Source: Mytilus edulis (lineage: Eukaryota). Taken from it: a stretch of DNA of 64,000 nucleotides. The notes under the pieces are model-generated. The model ran no database searches and was not told where the DNA came from. It worked only from the letters and a program-made list of their open reading frames with translations. A program made the position numbers and the translations under genes. The DNA lies in contig NC_092355.1 in assembly GCF_963676685.1 (NCBI RefSeq), positions 81,158,001 to 81,222,000 of the forward strand, given 5' to 3'. Below, in pieces: positions 27,501 to 39,500 of the stretch (position 1 is its first letter; every line of letters begins with the position of its first letter).

Positions 27501-30500
27501 ATTACAAAATCACAGCAACAATATCCATGATATTATTTAGAATCAGTAAGGTATATAAGTACAAAAAATGTACCACCACCTCTTTGGCGAAATATACACC
27601 ATTAATTTTTTTCTCACTGTAGTCAATTCAAATCATGCAAATGGCCCACTCATTTGACAACATGGCCCATATTTTTTTTAAATGGCCCATTGAATTTATT
27701 TTTGAGGGGCCCTAGGCCAATAGAGAAAAAATCCTTCCAGATCACTGTGCAATTGCAACTTAATTAAACATTTATGCTTGACATTTTCAGATGAAATCTC
27801 CAGTAAGTGTGATCCAGGGGAGATAATCTTTTGTAACAGGGATAAAGATGGGAATAGTCACATGACCTGGTGTTACCATCAACCTAGAGTTGTCTCCCTT
27901 GTCAAGTTTACACCAATACCATTTAATGTCCCTGTTAAACAGATGACAGAGGAGTATGATGAAGAACAGCTAGTAAGTACTTGTCTAGAGTTGTCTCCCT
28001 TGTCAAGTTTACACCAATACCATTTAATGTCCCTGTTAAACAGATGACAGAGGAGTATGATGAAGAACAGCTGGTAAGTACTTGTCTAGAGTTGTCTCCC
28101 TTGTCAAGTTTACACCAATACCATTTAATGTCCCTGTTAAACAGATGACAGAGGAGTATGATGAAGAACAGCTAGTAAGTACTTGTCTAGAGTTGTCTCC
28201 CTTGTCAAGTTTACACCAATACCATTTAATGTCCCTGTTAAACAGATGACAGAGGAGTATGATGAAGAACAGCTAGTAAGTACTTGTCTAGAGTTGTCTC
28301 CCTTGTCAAGTTTACACCAATACCATTTAATGTCCCTGTTAAACAGATGACAGAGGAGTATGATGAAGAACAGCTAGTAAGTACTTGTCTAGAGTTGTCT
28401 CCCTTGTCAAGTTTACACCAATACCATTTAATGTCCCTGTTAAACAGATGACAGAGGAGTATGATGAAGAACAGCTAGTAAGTACTTGTCTAGAGTTGTC
28501 TCCCTTGTCAAGTTTACACCAATACCATTTAATGTCCCTGTTAAACAGATGACAGAGGAGTATGATGAAGAACAGCTAGTAAGTACTTGTCTAGAGTTGT
28601 CTCCCTTGTCAAGTTTACACCAATACCATTTAATGTCCCTGTTAAACAGATGACAGAGGAGTATGATGAAGAACAGCTAGTAAGTACTTGTCTAGAGTTG
28701 TCTCCCTTGTCAAGTTTACACCAATACCATTTAATGTCCCTGTTAAACAGATGACAGAGGAGTATGATGAAGAACAGCTAGTAAGTACTTGTCTAGAGTT
28801 GTCTCCCTTGTCAAGTTTACACCAATACCATTTAATGTCCCTGTTAAACAGATGACAGAGGAGTATGATGAAGAACAGCTAGTAAGTACTTGTCTAGAGT
28901 TGTCTCCCTTGTCAAGTTTACACCAATACCATTTAATGTCCCTGTTAAACAGATGACAGAGGAGTATGATGAAGAACAGCTGGTAAGTACTTGTCTAGAG
29001 TTGTCTCCCTTGTCAAGTTTACACCAATACCATTTAATGTCCCTGTTAAACAGATGACAGAGGAGTATGATGAAGAACAGCTAGTAAGTACTTGTCTAGA
29101 GTTGTCTCCCTTGTCAAGTTTACACCAATACCATTTAATGTCCCTGTTAAACAGATGACAGAGGAGTATGATGAAGAACAGCTAGTAAGTACTTGTCTAG
29201 AGTTGTCTCCCTTGTCAAGTTTACACCAATACCATTTAATGTCCCTGTTAAACAGATGACAGAGGAGTATGCTGAAGAACAGCTAGTAAGTACTTGTCTA
29301 GAGTTGTCTCCCTTGTCAAGTTTACACCAATACCATTTAATGTCCCTGTTAAACAGATGACAGAGGAGTATGATGAAGAACAGCGAGTAAGTACTTGTCT
29401 AGAGTTGTCTCCCTTGTCAAGTTTACACCAATACGTGGCTTCCGGTTCCGGTTAGAAGTTGTGAAAGAAAAAGCTAAGAGAAATCAGATTTAAATCCGTG
29501 GTTATTGTTGGTAATCAGTGTACATCCATAAAATAAAACATCATTTACGAATCATCCAAACCTTTATATAGCATATACACAAAATTTTGATCATCCCAAC
29601 ACCAAAATGTAGATTATATCATCTTTCGTCAGAATTTGGTGGTCAAACCACGTTGCCGAAAAATTGGACATTCATATTTTTAATTGACATTTATATTCTG
29701 TATTTTGCGCTTTTCTGCTCCGATATTTAAATTATATAATTATAGGGAAGCCCTATCATTATATTTTGTATTTATATACTTCGTTTTTTGCGTTCGCCTA
29801 GAATAATACTGTTTGTGTACAAAAAATAGGGAAGCCCTATTTTTCATTTACACCGCTTGTGCTATAGTCTATTAAAGTAATATACAGTCGTAGTAACAAT
29901 CATTATATATATGTCTGTGAGGAAGATAATTAAAGAGAGGAAAAAGATATACCAAAGGGTTAGGGGAGCACACCTGGAAAGAGACACTATCTTGTTCACG
30001 GACAGCAAAGGGGTGGGCCTAAAAGAATATATCCCAGAATCAACTGGGCAAAAATTTAAAGTGTTGTATAAGAGAGGAGGATCGATCGACAACAAAAAAC
30101 ACATAAAATCACTCATAGACACGGTGAAAGATTTGGATCACCCAATAATACTGATCTGGCTAGGTACATGTGAAATTACACAGAAGATAAACAAAACCAT
30201 CCAGTTTAGAAAATCACCGTATCAAAATATAGAAGAAACTTTAACACAATATAGGGATCTCAAACAACAAATCATAACAACAAAACCATCTGCCACAGTG
30301 CTTTTTATAGAGTGTCCATACTATTCGATCACAAGGGCCAATAAACCTAAAGATTCAATTAACTTAATTGTGAATAGTAAAAAAAAGACATATCCGTCAC
30401 TCCTGGTAAATAAAGCCACCAAAGGTTACAGAAAAGTCCAATTGGCAACAAACATAGACAAAGAACTAAGCGAACAGATTGACTACTTCAACGATCACCT

Positions 30501-33500
30501 AAAATTGATTAATCGCCTTTATTCTACACCAAGAATTTCTCAAGATTTTATCCTTTCAAACAAGACAAAAAGAGACACTAAAGTTAAATATAGAAAGAAT
30601 TTCAACCTAACATCGGACGGAGTACATCCCATAAGAGCTGTAAATAAATTGTGGATGCTGAAATTCATAGATTTGGCACTTGAACTGTCAGAGCAAGGAT
30701 GTTAATTAAATAGCCAGCAAAATAGACAATAAAAACAAGAAAAATAGTTAAATAAGGAAGCCTTGTTTAACATACTAGATCCGAATTATCCTGCGTAATA
30801 TAATTAAGGAAGCCTTAATTATAAAGCAAAGAGGAAAATCAACAACATAGGGAAGCCCTATTAGATCATAAATTAAAAAGTTATTTAAAAAATTGAATAA
30901 AATATTAGAAAAGTAGGGAAGCCCTGTTTTTTCTAGGAATTAACAACATAAAAGACCATACAGAGATAGCTAGCATAACTAAGTATAGAACAAATAACAG
31001 GGGGCCTAAAATAGATAGAGAAGCTCTATCTAGCATTAACATACTTCATAATTATTTAGTTCGAATAGGGAAGCCCTATTCGTCCGGATAAATAGAAAGG
31101 AGATACAACTTAACGATCAATTCTATTAGGGAAGCCCTAATATAGGACATAGGAAAGAGCAGAATAAAGGGACAACAAGCTTAGAAAAAATAATTATAGA
31201 TAGAGAAGCTCTATCTAATATCAGGAAGATAAATAATATTATCTAGAGAAATTTTATTTTTAGGGAAGCCCTAAATTTTAAAATAGTGGAAAAAGTGACC
31301 ACTGCGTCCTATCCTTTGATTTTAACTGTTATGTAAATATAAAAAGAGCACCGAAAATAGCAAATCTGTACAATCATGGAAATTACAAAGAATTTATTCA
31401 AGAGCTGAATAAAATAGACTGGCATAATAAGCTTAATGCTGAAAATTCCATTGATAAAAATTGGAATTATTTTTTAACCATTTTAAAAGAATTAGAGAGC
31501 AGATTTGTACCAACAAAAACTATGACACAAATAGGAAAAAAGAGAAATGTATTCCCCATAGATAAAAAGACGAGAGAGTTAATTAGAAGGAAAAATATTC
31601 TATCCAAAAAAATTATAACTAAACAAGATCCTGAAACAAGAGCTGAATACAATCAAGTCAGAAACCAGGCCAAAACATCAGTCAATAAACAAAAGAAATT
31701 ATTCGAAAAAGGATTATCTGAAAATGCCAAAAGAAACCCAAAGGCTATATGGAGCTACATAAAATCTAAATCAAAGACCAGGGAAGGTATAGGGGACCTA
31801 CATGTAGATACAGAAGATGTAAAATCCGAAAAAACAGATGACAATAAACAAAAGGCCGAGATACTATCAGAATATTTTACAAGCGTATTCACTAATGAAC
31901 CACAAGGCAATATTCCAGAGCCTAAGCATATTCCATTAGATAAAAAAATAGAGGAATTAAATATTGGCACTGATTTGGTTTTGAAACACCTACAAAAAAT
32001 AAAAACGGATAAATCACCCGGCCCTGATAATTTACACCCAAGACTGCTGTTTGAAGTCAAAGAAGGTATAGCTGAACCACTTGGCATCATTTTTAGCCAA
32101 TCTTTAACACAAAAAGTAGTTCCAAAGGATTGGAAAAGCGCCCTAGTGAGTGCAATATTCAAAAAAGGGAATAAATCACAAGCTAAAAATTATAGACCAG
32201 TAAGTCTCACATCAGTCGTCTGTAAAATAATGGAGAAAATAATAAGAGAACATATAATTAATTACATGAAAGAAAATAAACTATTTTCAAACAAACAATA
32301 CGGATTTATCTCTGGGAGATCGACATCACTACAACTATTAGAGGTAATAGATAAATGGACAGAAGCTATAGACAATGGTTATGAGATTGACTGCATATAT
32401 ACAGACTTCATGAAAGCCTTTGATACGGTACCCCATAGACGACTCGTTAAGAAAATCGAAAATTTTGGGATAACTAATCCATTCCTAGAGTGGATAACAG
32501 ATTTTCTATCGTATAGAAAACAACGAGTTTCAGTTAATGGGGAAACATCAGAGTGGAAAGATGTAACCTCAGGAATTCCACAAGGCTCAGTATTAGGTCC
32601 CCTGTTATTTGTTCTATATATAAATGATTTGCCAGATTGCGTGACATCAGATGCCTACTTATTCGCGGATGACACAAAAATCTTCAGAATTATTGAAAGC
32701 AAAACAGATCAAACTATATTGCAAGATGATCTAAAAAATCTCGAGAAATGGAGTGATACATGGCTGTTAAAGTTCCATCCAGAAAAATGCAAACACATAA
32801 ATATAAGTAGAGGGGTAAGGGAAGAAAAGACAAGTTACAAACTATTAGGTCAGGATATAAGTAAATGTCAAGAAGAGAAAGATATTGGAGTAGTAATTGA
32901 TGAAGATCTAACCTTTGAAAGACACATATGCGAAAAAGTGAATAAAGCTAATTCAACTTTTGCCGCAATTAGAAGGACATTTAAAAACTTAAACGAAAAA
33001 ATCTTCATACCTCTATACAAAACATTAGTGCGAACACACTTAGACTATGCTAGCTCTGTATGGTCACCTTTTAAAAAGAAATCCATCGACAAAATCGAAA
33101 ATGTACAAAAAAGGGCAACACGACAGATACCAGGTTTCAATAAAATGAGCTACCCGGAAAGACTGAAAAAACTCAAGCTGCCAACATTGTCATATAGAAG
33201 GGTCCGAGGGGACATGATTGAGACATATAAGATACTAAATGGTAATTACGATCCAGAAACAAGTTCATTCCTTAAATTAATTTCAAGCACTGAAAATAGA
33301 CATAGCACAAGAGTAAACAGTAATAAAATCATTCACCAACGATTCAAAACAAGTCTGAGGAAAAACAGTTTTTCTGTAAGAATAGCCAAATTATGGAACA
33401 AGTTACCAGATAAAGTAACTAAAGCGCCATCTATAAACTCATTCAAAAATAGGCTAGATAGATACTGGGAGTACGAAGAAATCTATTATTCTGATTATCG

Positions 33501-36500
33501 AGCTGAATTAACCGGAAGCAGCATCAGAAATAATGGAGACAATATTCAATTATATGAGTCTGGTGAAGAGGAACCGTGAAGGATCCTGTACTGGAAAACA
33601 TCATTAAGTATCATTAAGTATTAAGTAATACCATTTAATGTCCCTGTTAAACAGATGACAGAGGAGTAAGTACTAGCCTAGAGTTACTTCCCTTGTCAAG
33701 TTTACATAAAAACAACTTTATGTATCTGACTCATAAGATACACAAACTCCATTGAAAGTTCCAAATAAAGATAAAGGGGACCAATGTAAAGGCTGATATA
33801 TATAAATGGAGGGAGGTGTATTGACAAAGTCTCACAATTTTATTTTCAGCTTATAACATCTTTTTAATGTTATTTTTAGATACCATGTTGTCTGCAGTAT
33901 TATGATCCAGCCACGCACAACTTTGTAAACTACATTGATTTTGAGTTATCTGAAAATGAGGAGACATCATTACTTTTCCCAGAAATCAAGGCTGATAATG
34001 CAAGGGACATAACTGTGTCATACCTCTGGAGGGTGGTGGTATATCAAGGATTTATAGAGAACCCTCAACAGTAAGTTTATTGTGGTCCAAGGGACATAAC
34101 TGTGTCATACCTCTCACAGTCTTGGTTTATTTCTAGACATTAGAATGAATAATGAAGTAGCTACTCTAGCCATCTTACCAATATCTTTTGCTGTACACAG
34201 CCATGAGAGGAGCTTTTTGTAACAACTCCAGGTTAATTCCTGTCACATGATCTTCCTGTTCGATTGTTGTTTTTTTTATTCCAGACATAAGAATGATGAA
34301 GCTACTTTAGTCATCTTACCGATATCTTTAGCTGCAGCCACGAGAGTAGACTCTTGTTATATCTCTGTCTTACTTCCTTGTTTGTTTTTTTATTCCAGAC
34401 ATAAGAATGATGAAGCTACTTTAGTCATCTTACCGATATCTTTAGCTGCAGCCACGAGAGTAGACTCTTGTTATATCTCTGTCTTACTTCCTTGTTTGTT
34501 TTTTTATTCCAGACATAAGAATGATGAAGCTACTTTAGTCATCTTACCGATATCTTTAGCTGCAGCCACGAGAGTAGACTCTTGTTATATCTCTGTCTTA
34601 CTTCCTTGTTTGTTTTTTTATTCCAGACATAAGAATGATGAAGCTACTTTAGTCATCTTACCGATATCTTTAGCTGCGGCCACGAGAGTAGACTCTTGTT
34701 ATATCTCTATCTTACTTCCTTGTTTGTTTTTTTATTCCAGACATAAGAATGATGAAGCTACTTTAGTCATCTTACCGATATCTTTAGCTGCGGCCACGAG
34801 AGTAGACTCTTGTTATATCTCTATCTTACTTCCTTGTTTGTTTTTTTATTCCAGACATAAGAATGATGAAGCTACTTTAGCCATCTTACCGATATCTTAA
34901 GCTGCGGCCACGAGAGTAGACTCTTGTTATATCTCTGTCTTACTTCCTTGTTTGTTTTTTTATTCCAGACATAAGAATGATGAAGCTACTTTAGCCATCT
35001 TACCGATATCTTTAGCTGCAGCCATGAGAGTAGACTCTTGTTATATCTCCACGTTAGTTCCAGTCACACAGGTCTGTTTGTCCTGTCCTGTTATAGAAGT
35101 CAGACTACAGAATCATCCTCAACACTTGGGACAAGGTATTTATATATTCTAAGTTAAGGTTGTGAACTTGTTATACCTTTATAGTCCAGAATAAATAATT
35201 AGTTATTGATAAAACTTGGTTTTGAAAATAAGATTGAAGAGGAATACGAACAGATTGTTTTGTAAAGAAATAATTGTTTTCATCATCTTGTCTGTATTGA
35301 TAGATATATTGTATTTATCCAGTTTGCTGTAAACTTTGAAGTACATTGGTGTCATCATTGCTTACAGTTTAATTGGTTGATTTTTTGTGGTTGACTTTTG
35401 TAATGATAGATGTATCAAGGGGGAGATAATCTGCTAAAAAAAGCATTTCTGTGTTTATACATTGTACTATAAATATTTGTAGGTCCCTTCAGTGCAATGT
35501 AGAGCTGCTGCAAGACATTATAAGTCAAGCATCTGTAAATGTCTGTAGTTGTGTGGATTCATTATTATTCATCTGGTACCAATTTTTTTGGATTTCGTGG
35601 TTACATGAACCATGAATTCAAATGTTCAACGAATTATAAAGTTTCTATAGGTTTGGCAGCCAGAGATACGAAATCAAATATCCACGAAACTGCAAGTTTT
35701 CCTCAATCCTTGAAAATTGATACCCACGAACATAAATAAATCCACAGTATCGTATTTATTTTTATTTTTAGCTCACCTGGCCCGAAGGGCCAAGTGAGCT
35801 TTTCTCATCACTTGGCGTCCGGCGTCCGGCGTCCGTCGTCCGTCGTCCGTCGTCCGTCGTCGTCGTCGTCGTTAACTTTTACAAAAATCTTCTCCTCTGA
35901 AACTACTAGGCCAAATTGAACCAAACTTGGCCACAATCATCATTGGGGTATCTAGTTTAAAAAATGTGTGGCGTGACCCGGTCAACCAACCAAGATGGCC
36001 GCCACGGCTAAAAATAGAACATAGGGGTAAAATGCAGTTTTTGGCTTATAACTCAAAAACCAAAGCATTTAGAGGAAATCTGACATGGAGTAAAAATGTG
36101 TATCAGGTCAAGATCTATCTGCCCTGAAATTTTTAGATGAATCGGTCAACCCGTTGTTGGGTTGCTGCCCCTGAATTGGTAATTTTGAGGAAATTTTGCT
36201 GTTTTTGGTTATTATCTTGAATATTATTATAGATAGAGATAAACTGTAAACAGCAATAATCTTCGGCAAAGTTAGATTTACAAATAAGTCAACATGACCG
36301 AAATGGTCAGTTGACCCCTTTAGGAGTTATTGCCCTTTATAGTCAATTTTTAACCATTTTTCATAAATCTAAGTAATCTTTTACAAAAATCTTCTCCTCT
36401 GAAACTACTGGGCCAAATTAATCCAAACTTGGCCACAATCATCTTTGGGGTATCTAGTTTAAAAAATGTGTGGCGTGACCCGGTCAACCAACCAAGATGG

Positions 36501-39500
36501 CCGCCACGGCTAAAAATAGAACATAGGGGTAAAATGCAGTTTTTGGCTTATAACTCAAAAACCAAAGCATTTAGAGGAAATCTGACACGGGGTAAAAATG
36601 TTTATCAGGTCAAGATCTATCTGCCCTGAAATTTTCAGATGAATCGGTCAACCCGTTGTTGGGTTGCTGTCCCTGAATTGGTAATTTTGAGGAAATTTTG
36701 CTGTTTTTGGTTATTATCTTGAATATTATTATAGATAGAAATAAACTGTAAACAGCAATAATGTTCATTAAAGTAAGATTTACAAATAGGTCAACATGAC
36801 CGAAATGGTCAGTTGACCCCTTTAGGAGTTATTGCCCTTTATAGTAAATTTTTAACCATTTTTCGTAAATCTTAGTTATCTTTTACAAAAATCTTCTCCT
36901 CTGAAACTACTGGGCCAAATTAATTCAAACTTGGCCACAATCATCTTTGAGGTACCTTGTTTGAAAAATGTGTCCGATGACCTGGCCATCCAACCAAGAT
37001 GGCCACCACGGCTAAAAATAGAAAGGGGGTAAAGTGTAGTTTTTTGCTTATAACTCGGAAACCAAATCATTTAGAGGAAATCTGACAAGGAGTTAAATTG
37101 TTAATCAAGTCAATATATATATGCCCTGAAATATTCAAATGAATTGGACAACCGGTTGTTGGGTTGCTGCCCTCCAATTGGTAATTTTTAAAGAAATTTT
37201 GCTGTTTTTGGTTATTATCTTGAATACTATTATAGATATCGATAAACTGTAAACAGCGATAATGTTCATCAAAGTAAGATCTACAAATAAGTCAACATGA
37301 CCAAAATGGTCAATTGACCCCTTAAGGAGTTATTGCCCTTTATAGTCAATTTTTAACAATTTTCATTAATTTGGTAAATTTATGTAAATTTTTAACAAAT
37401 ATTTTTCTCTGTTACTAATGGGCAAAGTTCATTATAGATTTAATTGTAAGAAGCAAGAAAGTTCAGTAAAGTAAGAACTTCAAACACATCACCATCACCA
37501 AAATACAATTTTGTCATGAATCCATTTGTGTCCTTTGTTTAATATACACATAGACCAAGGTGAGCGACACAGGCTCTTTAGAGCCTCTAGTTTTGTTTCT
37601 TTTGTGAATTATTTAGTCTAGTGTATATAGTTAAGAAAAAATTATATTTGTTTTCAATGTGTTTCAGATGTACCCGGGAAGTTGAAGCCATTTATGTTTG
37701 ATGACACATCCATTGTTGACGAAGAGTTTGCTGTTGTAACAATGAAAAACCTGATGATAACAGGCCATCAACTAGTAGGAGATCTGGCTAGAATATGTAC
37801 ACAGGTACTGACCCTTATTTTTACTTCATTGGTTATTAACCTGAACAATTCAGTCCCTCCCCATAATCAATCTTTTCTTATTGTGAGGGTCTGAAATCTT
37901 AACAACATATAAAGCTCTTCATGAATCCTAGATTTAGATTTATACCAATAAAATTGAAAATGGAAATGGGGAATGTGTCAAAGAGACAACACCCCGACCA
38001 TAGAGCAGATTACAACCGAAGGGTACCAAAGGGTCTGCAATACAGTGAGAAACTCCCACACCTGGAAGTGTCCTTCAACTAGCCCCTAAACAAATATGTA
38101 TACTAGTTCAGTGATAATGGACATACTAAACTCCAAATTATACACAAGAAACTAAACTTAAAAATCATACAAGACGAACAAAGTCCAGAGGCTCCTGACT
38201 TAGGACAGGCACAAAAATGTTGCTGGATTAAACATGTTTTTTGAGATCTCAGCACTCCTCCTATACTTCTCGCCAGTGTAGAAAAAACAAACGCACTTTA
38301 GCATTGTGTTACATCATTTCTATTTATAGGTCAGCAGTAATGTAGGTTTGAGTGTGGTAGAAATGAAACATTTAACAGTCCACCCGGTGATACCTCTAAC
38401 TGATGTTTACTGTGACGTCAACTTTCTACAACATCTGAAGGTAAGATAAGAAAACTTTATTTTGATTTGGCATGGTATAGACATACAAGCATAAGCTCTT
38501 TAGAGCTTTTCACCTAATATAAAAAACAAACACATACAGACAAAGCATTCATATATATTATCAGTAACACATAACCACACATAAAATGAATGAAAGCAAT
38601 CAAAATCATTTAGCACTATAAGCAACTAAAAAGTAAATGAAAATTTAGAATCTATGAGAACAAATTTAAAAAAAAAAGGTAAATTGAGGAGATTTGTAGT
38701 AGTTTAGCAACTTATTATATGTATGCTACTGTATATATATACACTTATTATATGTATGCTACTGTATATATATACCAGTGATATTTAAAATGAGGAATAT
38801 CAGTAGTGTAAACAATCATTACACACGCAAGGAAACAAAAAAAGTTAAGTAAGAGTGTTTTTTTATAATACATGTCAACCCTCCTGTTTTTTGGAAGTTT
38901 AAGTCGTATTTTATATCACATTGTAGTTACATTTAAAGCAGCTATACCTTTTCCAAATGTGAACAAGATAGTTATACCATTTTTAATCTGTTCATCAAAA
39001 TGTAACATAAGCTATAAATATGTTTTCCCCTTTTCAGCCACCAGCCTTAGAGAGTAACTTTAATGTTGGACCTTTGTCACTAAGTGTAGGACAGGGGAAT
39101 GTTCATACCATTCACTGTGCTGTCAACTCATTTTCCCAGGTATGGTACTTAAGTTGGACAAATATTTTGTAAATGCAAATCTTCAGGCTGCAAAGTTAAC
39201 TGAGAATATTTGTTTGAGACCTTATTTATACACCTTATCGCTATTCCCGGCTGACCCAAGAATCTGTTCCTCTTGAACTATTGACGTCATACATCAATAA
39301 CTTTTCCGTTGTGGCATCAGATGCTTTGTATTATTATGTCAAATTTTACAGGAACCTGTGTGATGGCCAGTAATGGCAGACAAAAAGCGATATTAAAGGT
39401 ATATTTCAGTTCTTACTTTGTTCCTAATTTATTGAGCAAGAGATATGCATCTCATTTGTACACAAGATTTAATGAAATACATTATTAATTACAGAGTTTA

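Larger units (their letters stand above)
29435..33626 (+). mobile_element. CR1/L2-group non-LTR retrotransposon: esterase ORF1, hairpin-rich spacer, endonuclease-deleted RT ORF
   Basis: Interrupts the 101-bp array with AATAC on both sides; 3' tail (tcattaagta)2 ttaagt; two ORFs. Confidence 0.88.

Noticed and set aside
30748-31275. CRISPR array (palindromic repeats with unique spacers)
   Set aside because: Eukaryotic intron, no cas genes, repeat sequences vary and spacing is irregular (43-102 nt). Kept as a hairpin-array finding instead.
35927-37070. Duplicated 66-aa ORFs as a small gene family
   Set aside because: They fall in the internal tandem units of a non-autonomous HINE element and have no recognisable domain.
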